DNA of 41,206 bases, taken from assembly GCA_041738475.1 (NCBI GenBank), contig JBGSPT010000214.1, forward strand, positions 1 to 41,206, in the 5' to 3' direction. Every line of letters begins with the position of its first letter. Position 1 is the stretch's first letter. Below the pieces are notes generated by a model, which was not told the origin of the DNA, did no database searches, and saw nothing but the letters and a program-made list of their open reading frames with translations. Positions 33,871-41,206 of the stretch are shown here, piece by piece. The stretch comes from Treponematales bacterium (lineage in GTDB: Bacteria > Spirochaetota > Spirochaetia > Treponematales > UBA12059). The position numbers and the translations under genes are program-made.

Positions 33871-34308
33871 ATGAAACGGATAGTTATCGCCGCGTTCCTT
33901 ATAGCGATGGTTCTCGCCGTCTTCCCCGCGTTCTCCCAGGAATCCAAGACTGCGGACCCTCTGGCGACCCAGATCAAGAACCCTTCGGACATGTATCCCT
34001 TCCGGTTGGACGTGGTCAAGGTATTCCAGCACAGCCTGGGGTACAGGGTGGTCTATCGGGTCGGGCAGACGGAGTTCGCGGACGCCTATATCCCCATCGA
34101 ATGGTTCAAGGCCGGCGGCAAGGCGCAGCTGATCCGTTCCAACGATCCTTCCCATCCCTACATGGTCGTGTACTATCGGGAAGGCAAATTCAGCCACGTC
34201 CGCCTCTTCGTCAAGGACTTCCCGAAGGATCCTTCCTGGGGTATCCTGGAGCCCGGCCCGGACGTAGCGTCCAAATTCGAGGTCGAGGAGATCGTACCCA
34301 AGTACTGA
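33871..34308 (+). CDS. Secreted/periplasmic hypothetical protein (145 aa)
   Basis: Strong RBS and a clear signal peptide (MKRIVIAAFLIAMVLAVFPAFS/QE). The mature part is beta-rich. I do not recognise a family. Confidence 0.7.
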   Translation: MKRIVIAAFLIAMVLAVFPAFSQESKTADPLATQIKNPSDMYPFRLDVVKVFQHSLGYRVVYRVGQTEFADAYIPIEWFKAGGKAQLIRSNDPSHPYMVVYYREGKFSHVRLFVKDFPKDPSWGILEPGPDVASKFEVEEIVPKY

Positions 34309-34371
34309 GGTCGCACGGGTATCGGTCATCCGGGCTTCTCCGGACCTCGCCCGGGGCTCGAAAGGCGCACC

Positions 34372-35370
34372 ATGAACATCAAGACCGTTCCTCCCGAATT
34401 GTCGGCCTTTATAGCCGGTCATGAGGTTTTTCTCGTGGTCGGGCACAAGGAACCCGACGGCGATTGCATCGGTTCCCAGCTGGCCCTGGCTTCCTTCCTC
34501 CGAAGGACAGGCAAGAAGGCCGTCCTCCTTTCCTCGGGCCCCTTCACGCGGACGGAGATCCTTCAGTACGAACACGCCTTTCTGGACCGGGTTCCGGACG
34601 GTCTGAATCTCGCCTCCGCGGCGATCATCGTCCTGGATTGCTCGTCCCTTTCCAGGGTAGGCCGGATCGAGGAACAGCTTCCCCCTCTTCCGGTCGCCTT
34701 TATCGACCATCACGCCGCCGGGGAAGCCTCCGGGGACGTCCTGTACATCGACCCCTCGGCGCCGTCCGTGACCCGCCTGATCCAGGCGGTGATCGAGTCC
34801 TTCGGCGGGGTTCCCACCCGGGAGGAGGCGGAACTCCTCTTCTTCGGCCTCTGCACGGATACGGGATTCTTCCGCCACCTGGATGCGGCGGGTTCGGATT
34901 CCTTCCTGTCCGCCGCTAGGCTCGTCGAGCGGGGTGCCTCTCCCAAACGTGCCTTTTCGATGATCTACGGAGGGAAGTCCCTCTTCACACGGAAGCTCAT
35001 GGGGGAGATCCTCGTCCGGACGGAGCCCTATTTCGACGGGCGCCTCCTGATTTCCTACGTGACCGAGGAGGACCACAGGCGGTACGGCATCGCCAGCCGG
35101 GATTCGGACATGCTCTACCAGCTGCTCATGACCATCGCGGGCGTGGAAGCGGCCGTCGTGATCCGGCAGGAGAGCGAGAATAACTGCACCGTCGGATTCC
35201 GATCTCGGGATTCCGTGGATGTGGGCGCCGTGGCTGCACAGTTCGGAGGCGGCGGACACCGCCTGGCCGCGGGCCTCTCCATCGAAGGCCGGATCGAGGA
35301 AGTCCGGGAACGCATGCTGGAAGCCTTCGATCGAATATTTGTAACGAAGTGTAACGAATCCGGATATTGA
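34372..35370 (+). CDS. nrnA: DHH/DHHA1 phosphoesterase (NrnA-like oligoribonuclease / pAp phosphatase)
   Basis: Motifs GHKEPDGDCIGS, VLDCSS, IDHHA, and the DHHA1 motif GGGGHRLAAG. Confidence 0.85.
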   Translation: MNIKTVPPELSAFIAGHEVFLVVGHKEPDGDCIGSQLALASFLRRTGKKAVLLSSGPFTRTEILQYEHAFLDRVPDGLNLASAAIIVLDCSSLSRVGRIEEQLPPLPVAFIDHHAAGEASGDVLYIDPSAPSVTRLIQAVIESFGGVPTREEAELLFFGLCTDTGFFRHLDAAGSDSFLSAARLVERGASPKRAFSMIYGGKSLFTRKLMGEILVRTEPYFDGRLLISYVTEEDHRRYGIASRDSDMLYQLLMTIAGVEAAVVIRQESENNCTVGFRSRDSVDVGAVAAQFGGGGHRLAAGLSIEGRIEEVRERMLEAFDRIFVTKCNESGY

Positions 35371-35398
35371 ACGTTTCCGTCCCGGGCCGAATATCCGG
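35360..35398. promoter_or_regulatory. Perfect 9-bp inverted repeat CCGGATATT-N21-AATATCCGG spanning the nrnA stop (terminator hairpin or activator-binding site)
   Basis: Arms at 35360-35368 and 35390-35398. The repeat is centred about 80 nt upstream of the sigma54-type motif at 35455. Confidence 0.35.
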
Positions 35399-35454
35399 CT
35401 AATTCTCGGCCACCTAAACAGTAACCCTCCCGAGAAGGATCCTGTCGACGGACC

Positions 35455-35470
35455 TGGCACGGAACCTGCC
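35455..35470 (+). promoter_or_regulatory. Candidate sigma54 (-24/-12) promoter TGGCACG-GAAC-CTGCC
   Basis: TGGCACGGAACCTGCC satisfies GG-N10-GC. It matches TGGCACG-N4-TTGCW with mismatches only at the first T and the final W of the -12 element. It lies about 36 nt upstream of ATG 35506. Confidence 0.55.
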
Positions 35471-35505
35471 GTTGTCTCTCTCGCCGATTGGGCCGGGAGG
35501 GATCC

Positions 35506-36363
35506 ATGGAAAAAGAATCATTTCCACACATAGCGCGCCTTGCGGATACCGGTGAGGGGATGCGTGAAGCCTTGGGAGAGGTTGCGCAGGCCCTGTATCG
35601 GAATCCCCGGGTCTTCGGTCTGAAGGACGCGGACGACGTGGGTGAGCTGTTCGCCAGATATCCGGGACGGATAGAAGCCATCCTTGGAAAGTACCGGGAG
35701 GCCAAAGGGTATTTCCCTGCGTACCTGGTCGCCACCGTACGGTATCTCGCCCTGTCCCTCCGTCGGGACCGGGCGAGGGCCTTCGACCGGCAGGTCGTGT
35801 TCGAGGAGGAGGCCGTACTCTGCGCGGAAGGCGCTCCGGAACCGGAATACGGGCTATGGGAGCCGGAATCCCCCCTGCCCGAGTCCCGGGGCCGGGGCAG
35901 GTATCGCCGGCGTTCCCTCGGATCCCGATTTCTGTTCCTGAGCTTGAAGTGCGCGTGGACCGCGGACGAGGAGTTTCTCCGCCGGGCGGCCCGGACCCTC
36001 GGCCTCGATTCCGCCCTGCTCGCCGAATGTCTGTCCCGTGCCCGGGCCCGTACTCTCCGTGTGCGGGACCGATGGGAGGACAGGAAGACGGCCCGGGACG
36101 CATCCTGGGTGCGCCTGCGGGTACTGGAGCGGAGGTTGGCGCGTGAGGAAGACCCCTGCCTTCGGTCGATTTTCCGGGAGCGGATCGACAGGGAACGGGA
36201 GAGGTTCCGGCGTCGGCTCGAGGAGACGCGCCGTATGAGGCTCACGATATCGAACAAGTCGGTGGCGGAAATCCTGGGAGTGCCGAAGGGCACCGTGGAC
36301 GCCGGAATGTACCATGTCATCCGGCGCCTCCGGGACTTCAATTCCGGGTCCGATGCGGGCTAG
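35506..36363 (+). CDS. ECF-like sigma70-family / HTH regulator with a long Arg-rich insert between region-2-like and region-4-like segments (285 aa)
   Basis: DADDVGELFARYPGRIEAILGKYREAKGYFPAYLVATVRYLALSLRRDRAR resembles ECF region 2. SVAEILGVPKGTVDAGMYHVIRRLRD resembles a region 4.2 HTH. GGAGG lies 5 nt before ATG 35506. The competing minus-strand ORF 35115..36341 is Ser/Arg low-complexity. Confidence 0.5.
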   Translation: MEKESFPHIARLADTGEGMREALGEVAQALYRNPRVFGLKDADDVGELFARYPGRIEAILGKYREAKGYFPAYLVATVRYLALSLRRDRARAFDRQVVFEEEAVLCAEGAPEPEYGLWEPESPLPESRGRGRYRRRSLGSRFLFLSLKCAWTADEEFLRRAARTLGLDSALLAECLSRARARTLRVRDRWEDRKTARDASWVRLRVLERRLAREEDPCLRSIFRERIDRERERFRRRLEETRRMRLTISNKSVAEILGVPKGTVDAGMYHVIRRLRDFNSGSDAG

Positions 36364-36371
36364 AATCGGCC

Positions 36372-36974
36372 ATGCTGCTTTTTATCGCCACGAACAATGC
36401 CCACAAGGTCCGGGAGCTTTCGGATCTCTTTCCCGGGACTCGGCTCCGGACCCCCGCGGATGCGGGTATACCCTTCGAACATGACGAGGTCGAACATTCG
36501 TTCCTGGGCAACAGCCTGGGGAAAGCCCGGGCGCTGTTCGCCCTGGTGAACGCCCCGGTGTTGGCGGACGACTCGGGTCTCTGCGTGGACGCCCTGGACG
36601 GGGCTCCGGGCGTGAAGTCCGCCCGGTACGGCTCCCCGGACGGCGGCCGGACCATCCTCGGAGCCGGGGAGAAGAACGCCATTCTGCTGGAACGGATGGA
36701 GGGCCGTACGGACCGAACCTGCCGCTTCGTCTGCGCGATGACCCTGGTGCTCTCCGAGCATCGCTTCGTCTCGGTCCAGGAGACCTGCGAGGGCGTGCTT
36801 CTGGAAAGCCCCCGGGGGGAGGAAGGATTCGGATACGATCCCGTATTTCTTCTGCCCGGGGAGGGGCTGTCCATGGCCGAGCTGTCCCTGGAACGGAAGA
36901 ACCGGTTGAGCCACCGGGGCCGGGCGGCCGCCCGGATCCGGGCCGTCCTGGATTCCCTGGCGGACAGTCCCTAG
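36372..36974 (+). CDS. rdgB: Non-canonical purine NTP pyrophosphatase (RdgB/HAM1 family)
   Basis: LLFIATNNAHKVRE, ADDSGLCVDALDGAPGVKSARY, GFGYDPVF and KNRLSHRGRA. Confidence 0.9.
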   Translation: MLLFIATNNAHKVRELSDLFPGTRLRTPADAGIPFEHDEVEHSFLGNSLGKARALFALVNAPVLADDSGLCVDALDGAPGVKSARYGSPDGGRTILGAGEKNAILLERMEGRTDRTCRFVCAMTLVLSEHRFVSVQETCEGVLLESPRGEEGFGYDPVFLLPGEGLSMAELSLERKNRLSHRGRAAARIRAVLDSLADSP

Positions 36975-36983
36975 GCGAAGAAA

Positions 36984-37010
36984 AAGCCGCGGGGCAGGTG
37001 CCCGCGGCTT
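36984..37010 (-). terminator. Intrinsic terminator for rpmE (also closes convergent rdgB)
   Basis: A 10-bp perfect stem, AAGCCGCGGG (36984-36993) with CCCGCGGCTT (37001-37010), and a 7-nt loop. On the minus strand it is followed by TTTTTCTT. It lies between convergent stops at 36974 and 37047. Confidence 0.6.
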
Positions 37011-37046
37011 CTCGGTGGGTACGGCCGTCGAAGGCGGCGACCGTTC

Positions 37047-37250
37047 CTACTCCTTGATCCCGTACTTTCTCCGGAATCGTTCCACGCGTCCCGCGGTGTC
37101 GATGAGCTTCTGTTTGCCGGTAAAGAAGGGGTGGCAGGCCGAACAAATTTCGACCTGGAGATTCTTTACCGTCGAACGGGTCTCGATGACGTTGCCGCAG
37201 GCGCACGTGATGGTGGTCATTTCATACTTGGGATGGATACCCTTCTTCAC
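37047..37250 (-). CDS. rpmE: 50S ribosomal protein L31
   Basis: [28 protein letters not shown]...[32 protein letters not shown] start lies 5 nt after GGAGG. Confidence 0.95.
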   Translation of the reverse strand: MKKGIHPKYEMTTITCACGNVIETRSTVKNLQVEICSACHPFFTGKQKLIDTAGRVERFRRKYGIKE

Positions 37251-37344
37251 GACAACCTCCGCGCCTATCTGGCTGCAGCCTGAAAACCGGCCTCTGACGG
37301 TATTCGCCCGGGACGAGGCGGCGGCCGCCCTCGTCCGGCTTCCC

Positions 37345-39000
37345 TCAGTCGTTCCCGTTGTACGGGGTGTTCATGGACTTCAGGAAGACCTCATTATTCT
37401 TACTTTTCATCATCCTGTCAATGAGGAGCTCCATGATCTCTATATCATCCATGGGATTAATCACCTTGCGGAGAACCCAGATCTTCTGGAGTTCCTCGTC
37501 CGTCAGGAGGAGCTCCTCCTTGCGGGTTCCGGACTTCTTGATGTTGAAGGCCGGGAAGGTCCGCCGGTCCGAGAGCCTGCGGTCCAGGTTGATCTCCATG
37601 TTGCCGGTGCCCTTGAACTCCTCGAAGATCACCTCGTCCATGCGGCTTCCCGTGTCGATCAGGGCGGTGGCGATGATGGTGAGGCTGCCGCCACCCTCGA
37701 TGTTCCGGGCGGCGCCGAAGAACCGCTTGGGCTTGTGCAGGGCGTTGGAATCCACGCCGCCGGACAGGATCTTGCCGCTGGTGGGGACGGTCTGGTTGTA
37801 GGCCCGGGCCAGGCGGGTGATCGAGTCCAGGAGGATCACCACGTCCTTGCCGTGCTCCACGAGGCGCTTGGCCTTCTCCAGGACCATCTCCGCCACCTGG
37901 ACGTGCCGGGTAGCCTGCTCGTCGAAGGTGGAGGAGATGACCTCGGCCTTGACGGTCCGCTCCATGTCCGTCACTTCCTCCGGCCGCTCGTCGATCAAAA
38001 GGACGATGAGGTAGACCTCCGGATGGTTGGCGGTGATGGAATTGGCGATGCGCTGGAGCAGGATGGTCTTTCCGGTCTTGGGAGGGGACACGACCAGGGC
38101 GCGCTGGCCCTTGCCGATCGGGCAGAAGAGGTTGATGATCCGGGTGGAGATCTCCTTGGTGTCCGTCTCCAGGTTCAGCCGCTGGTTCGGGTACAGGGGG
38201 GTCAGGTTCTCGAAGGGGATGCGGTTCTGGGCTACCGCGGGCTCGTCGAAGTTGACCTGCTCCACCCGGAGCATGGCGAAGAAGCGTTCCCCCTCCTTGG
38301 GGCTCCGGATCTGGCCGTAGACTGTATCCCCGGTCTTCAGGTTGAACAAGCGAATCTGGGAGGGGGAGATGTAGATGTCGTCGGAACCGGGCAGGTAGGA
38401 GTTCTGGGGAGACCGCAGGAAGCCGTAGCCGTCCGGCAGGATCTCCAGGGAACCGTAGGCGTAGATGATCCCGCCGCGCTCCGTATGGGCCTTGAGGGTG
38501 GAAAAGATGAGCTCCTGCTTCTTGAGGGAGATCATCTCCTCATGGCCGATACCGTACTTGGAGCCCAGGTCCCGAAGTTCCTTGAGGGGCATGCTGGTCA
38601 GGTCGTTTATGGAGAGCCGGGACCGGGAGTCCACGTGATCGGGACGGTTCGGTTCCGCGGGCTTTTCGACGGGCTCCTGCTTCTTCACGAAGCCGGGCAC
38701 GGAGATCGTGGTGCTGCGGAAGCCCGGACCGTCCTCCCGGGGCGTTTCGGGGCGGGCCGGCTCCGCCGGGGCGGGTTCCGAGGGCGGGGCGTCGCGGCCG
38801 GGTTTCCTGCGGACTCGGATCCGGACAGGCTCCTTCTCGGCGCCTTCTCCAGGGGTCTCCGGGAGATCCGGATCGGACTCCAGAGAAGCCTCGGGTCCTT
38901 TCTCCATGGAGGCTCCCGCCTCGAGGGGGAACTCCGCCTGACCGGGCTCCTCGGCTCCGGCCGCGCTGTCCACGGGACGTTTCTTTCGGATTATTGCCAT
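37345..39000 (-). CDS. rho: Transcription termination factor Rho with an N-terminal disordered extension of about 130 aa
   Basis: Rho N-terminal helix bundle ([23 protein letters not shown]), a CSD-like RNA-binding domain ([33 protein letters not shown]), and Walker A PPKTGKT. The RecA-like core runs to the C-terminus. ATG 39000 is the likely start; the track's TTG is at 39003. Confidence 0.95.
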   Translation of the reverse strand: MAIIRKKRPVDSAAGAEEPGQAEFPLEAGASMEKGPEASLESDPDLPETPGEGAEKEPVRIRVRRKPGRDAPPSEPAPAEPARPETPREDGPGFRSTTISVPGFVKKQEPVEKPAEPNRPDHVDSRSRLSINDLTSMPLKELRDLGSKYGIGHEEMISLKKQELIFSTLKAHTERGGIIYAYGSLEILPDGYGFLRSPQNSYLPGSDDIYISPSQIRLFNLKTGDTVYGQIRSPKEGERFFAMLRVEQVNFDEPAVAQNRIPFENLTPLYPNQRLNLETDTKEISTRIINLFCPIGKGQRALVVSPPKTGKTILLQRIANSITANHPEVYLIVLLIDERPEEVTDMERTVKAEVISSTFDEQATRHVQVAEMVLEKAKRLVEHGKDVVILLDSITRLARAYNQTVPTSGKILSGGVDSNALHKPKRFFGAARNIEGGGSLTIIATALIDTGSRMDEVIFEEFKGTGNMEINLDRRLSDRRTFPAFNIKKSGTRKEELLLTDEELQKIWVLRKVINPMDDIEIMELLIDRMMKSKNNEVFLKSMNTPYNGND

Positions 39001-39174
39001 CAATCTCTCCGTACTGAAGGTTGGATTCTATTCATGCCGCAAGCCGCCGCACCGGGCGGCCGCGGGGATCGAATCGCGCCGTAAGGTCCAAGGCGGCGCG
39101 GGTCGATGCTGATACGTGTCAGAAGGGGGAACTTCGCCGGTAGGACCGAACATCCTCCGAGGCGGATATTCCAT

Positions 39175-39202
39175 CCTATATCCCGTTGCCTCCCGGTGTC
39201 AA
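39175..39202 (-). promoter_or_regulatory. Weak candidate sigma70-type promoter for rho (TTGACA-N16-TATAGG on the minus strand), implying a leader of roughly 170 nt
   Basis: Minus-strand TTGACA (plus 39197-39202) overlaps the cinA stop codon. TATAGG is at plus 39175-39180. The leader contains GC-rich stems, for example CGCGCCG...CGGCGCG. Confidence 0.3.
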
Positions 39203-39732
39203 GAAGACTCCCCGATAAACTCTTCCACGAAGGATCTCAGTTCCGAAAGGGCGCGGCGGGCGGCCTCGGCCCGGATTCCGTCCCTTCCTCCACCCAAGGC
39301 CAGGAGCATCTCCCGGGTCCTGCCCTCCCGGGACGCCAGCCCGATCCATACGGTCCCGACGGGTTTTTCCGGCGTGCCTCCGCCGGGGCCTGCGATTCCG
39401 GACACCGAGGCCGAGACGTCCGCCCCGCTCAAGACCAGGATGCCACGGGCCATGGCCCGCACGGTCTGGGCGGAAACCGCACCGTGGCGTTCGAGCACGT
39501 CCCGAGGCACGGACAGGACCTTCTCCTTGGCATCGTTCGCGTAGGAAACGACGGCTCCCCAAAAATGATCGGAAGCCCCCGGAATCGAGGTAAGCGCGGC
39601 GGCGGCGAGTCCGCCCGTGCAGGATTCCGCCAAGGCGGCGGTCCAGCCGGCCCTGGCCAGGGACTTCAACAATCTCTCCGCTTCGATCTCCGCGGAATCA
39701 GGGGCGGAGGTCCCGGCGGCGGAACGGGGCAT
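39199..39732 (-). CDS. pncC: CinA C-terminal domain protein / nicotinamide-nucleotide amidohydrolase PncC-like
   Basis: LAESCTGGLAAAALTSIPGASDHFWGAVVSYANDAKEKVLSVPRDVLERHGAVSAQTV...GIAGPGGGTPEKPVGTVWIG. ATG 39732 shares one base with the bactofilin stop (TGATG). Confidence 0.85.
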   Translation of the reverse strand: MPRSAAGTSAPDSAEIEAERLLKSLARAGWTAALAESCTGGLAAAALTSIPGASDHFWGAVVSYANDAKEKVLSVPRDVLERHGAVSAQTVRAMARGILVLSGADVSASVSGIAGPGGGTPEKPVGTVWIGLASREGRTREMLLALGGGRDGIRAEAARRALSELRSFVEEFIGESS

Positions 39733-40124
39733 CAGCTCCGCTCGGCCCGGGGTGCGAAGGGATTGAACTCCGAAGGTTTGCGGATCATCTCGCACCGTCC
39801 CTCGAAGATCACGCCGTCCGCGATCCGAAGTTTCGTCGTGCGGATCTTTCCGTATACCCGAGCGGTCGGCAGGAGCTCGATCCGGTCCGCGGCTTCGAGA
39901 TCCCCGTGTACCACCCCTCCCACGACGATGCTGGAGGCGCGGATCATTCCCGCACGGACCTCCGCGCCTTCGTCGATGTGAAGAAAGCCCTGGGCGTCGA
40001 TCTCGCCCTCGAAGCTCCCGCGGATCATGAGGGATTCCTGGAATTTCAATTTCCCCGAGAAGCCGGTCTCCCGGCCCAGGATGGTGCTTATCTCGTGAAT
40101 CGTCTTGGATGTCGTCTTGGGCAT
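39732..40124 (-). CDS. Bactofilin (DUF583) cytoskeletal polymer-forming protein
   Basis: Beta-helix repeat pattern FSGKLKFQESLMIRGSFEGEIDAQGFLHIDEGAEVRAGMIRASSIVVGGVVHGDLEAADRIELLPTARVYGKIRTTKLRIADGVIFEGRCEM. Confidence 0.85.
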   Translation of the reverse strand: MPKTTSKTIHEISTILGRETGFSGKLKFQESLMIRGSFEGEIDAQGFLHIDEGAEVRAGMIRASSIVVGGVVHGDLEAADRIELLPTARVYGKIRTTKLRIADGVIFEGRCEMIRKPSEFNPFAPRAERS

Positions 40125-40134
40125 GAATTTCCTG

Positions 40135-40356
40135 CTATTTGGTCTTCATCACGAACACGCCGTCCCAGTCCTCGGGGGGCGGTTCCTGAATGTAGTGTCT
40201 GCAGCGTTCCAGGTATACCTTGGCGGGACCGTCCAGGGAATCGATGCGCAGCGCCTCGGCGAAGAGGGGCTCGGCTTCCTTGAATTTCATGAGCTTGTAG
40301 AGTTTTCGCCCCTGGGCGAAGAGTTCGAGGACCCGTTTCTTCTCCTCCGTGATCAC
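40135..40356 (-). CDS. Mini-ORF (73 aa) resembling the TPR-like C-terminal tail found on many class III nucleotidyl cyclases; possibly a gene remnant
   Basis: ...FAQGRKLYKLMKFKEAEPLFAEALRIDSLDGPAKVYLERCRHYIQEPPPEDWDGVFVMKTK. GTG 40356 is preceded by AAGGGGGA, 14 nt after the response-regulator stop. The frame is open further upstream (to 40479), overlapping the response regulator. Confidence 0.4.
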   Translation of the reverse strand: MITEEKKRVLELFAQGRKLYKLMKFKEAEPLFAEALRIDSLDGPAKVYLERCRHYIQEPPPEDWDGVFVMKTK

Positions 40357-40370
40357 TCCGTCCCCCTTGG

Positions 40371-41033
40371 TTACGGCCCGGAATGCTCCCGGACCTTCTT
40401 CTTGATGGCCGCCAGTGCGGTTTCTCCCCGCTTGAGGCGGTCCGCCTCGGCCTTCCAGGTCTCGACGCGCTTTTCCCACTCCTCCAGCTTGGAGGCGATC
40501 CTGCGGATTCCCTCGCCCTCCGCTCCCGGAGAGGAGCCCAGGGCGTCCAACAGGGATCGGACCTCCGAGGAAACCTGCAGGGCCGAACCGGCCATCTCCT
40601 CCGCGATCCGAAGCCGGCCCTCCCGGTACTCGATCTGGCGGATCAGCTCACGGGTGCGGAGTACGGCGCGGATCCGGGCCAGCACTTCCGAGAAATTGAA
40701 GGGTTTCGTGATGTAATCGTCCGCCCCCAGCTCCAGGCCCTCCACCTTGTCCTTCACGTCGTCCATGGCGGAGAACATGATGATGGGGATGTCGGAGTAG
40801 TCCGAGTACTCCGGGCTGGTTTTCAGGAGGCGGGTCAGTTCCCAACCGGAAAGCCTGGGCATCACGTTGTCTAGGATCACCAGGTCCGGCCGATCCTTCT
40901 TGATGGCCTCCAGGGCTTCCATCCCGTTTTCCGCCTTTTCCACGCGGAAGCCGAGCTTGGAGAGCATCACGTCGAAAAACTCGAGATTGATCTGTTCGTC
41001 GTCGACGATTAGGATACGCTTCTTGTCGTCCAT
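40371..41033 (-). CDS. Response regulator: receiver domain plus C-terminal coiled coil, no recognisable output domain
   Basis: ILIVDDEQINLEFF...DLVILDNVMPRLSGWEL...IIMFSAMDD...GADDYITKPF is followed by about 95 aa of heptad-like helical sequence. Confidence 0.85.
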   Translation of the reverse strand: MDDKKRILIVDDEQINLEFFDVMLSKLGFRVEKAENGMEALEAIKKDRPDLVILDNVMPRLSGWELTRLLKTSPEYSDYSDIPIIMFSAMDDVKDKVEGLELGADDYITKPFNFSEVLARIRAVLRTRELIRQIEYREGRLRIAEEMAGSALQVSSEVRSLLDALGSSPGAEGEGIRRIASKLEEWEKRVETWKAEADRLKRGETALAAIKKKVREHSGP

Positions 41034-41060
41034 CTGTACCTGCTTTTCCTGTCGAGCCCC

Positions 41061-41089
41061 ATTTTCCTACAGCCGCCATGTATTGTCAA
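41061..41089 (-). promoter_or_regulatory. Candidate sigma70-type promoter (TTGACA-N17-GAAAAT on the minus strand) for the RR-bactofilin-cinA cluster
   Basis: Minus-strand TTGACA (plus 41084-41089), a 17-nt spacer, and GAAAAT (plus 41061-41066), about 27 nt upstream of ATG 41033. Confidence 0.45.
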
Positions 41090-41206
41090 TCGAGGCGGCC
41101 GCGAAACCCCAGGCGGTGACGGTTCCCGACGCTCCGTATCCGGTCCCCGTCCCTCAGCCCTCATGCCGGGCTCCCGGGTCCGGCCCGGGTCCGCCGTTTC
41201 GCGATC

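Noticed and set aside
35115-36341. A 408-aa minus-strand ORF competing with the ECF-like gene.
   Set aside because: Extremely Ser/Arg-rich low complexity, and it overlaps the nrnA 3' end. The plus frame has a proper GGAGG-ATG, sigma-like region 2/4 patterns and tight spacing to rdgB.
37015-39084. A 689-aa plus-strand ORF spanning rpmE and rho.
   Set aside because: It is antisense to two unmistakable housekeeping genes (L31 and Rho). Its composition (Gly/Leu/Val/Asp/His runs) is that of a mirror frame.

Overview
This visibly GC-rich window (GC not computed) reads as a spirochete chromosome segment. The hook protein FlgE carries Lys165 and Cys178, the positions I recall for the Treponema lysinoalanine cross-link.

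Layout:
1. 1-22,660 (+): the distal part of a periplasmic-flagella superoperon. Gene order is fliK (5' partial)-flgD-flgE-flbD-motA-motB-fliL-fliM-fliY-fliO/Z-fliP-fliQ-fliR-flhB-flhA-flhF-flhG-acidic membrane protein-fliA-DUF342/FapA-two small hypotheticals-truncated Hsp70 paralogue-J-domain/HEAT protein. Many junctions are 1-8 nt overlaps.
2. 22,703-29,752 (-): six tightly coupled genes, pgi-murG-cvpA-holB-PAS histidine kinase-sigma54 enhancer-binding response regulator (Hk2/Rrp2-like).
3. 29.9-31.4 kb (+): a PilZ-related protein and a small membrane ORF. They converge on and overlap nth-recQ (-).
4. 33.8-37.0 kb (+): a secreted hypothetical, nrnA, an ECF-like sigma/HTH protein preceded by a good sigma54 -24/-12 motif, and rdgB.
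5. 37.0-41.1 kb (-): REC/coiled-coil response regulator-orphan mini-ORF-bactofilin-cinA/pncC-rho-rpmE.

No rRNA, tRNA, CRISPR array or mobile element was recognised.

Most noteworthy observations:
- the flagellum-linked Hsp70/J-HEAT pair;
- a possible Hk2/Rrp2 -> sigma54 -> ECF-like sigma cascade;
- a heptad-repeat inverted structure filling the flgE-flbD spacer;
- a signal-peptide extension of FliO that needs a non-ATG/GTG/TTG start;
- a REC / cyclase-tail-like mini-ORF / bactofilin operon.

All functional calls rest on motif recognition by eye. No searches were run. Many long ORFs in the track are antisense shadow ORFs typical of GC-rich DNA.
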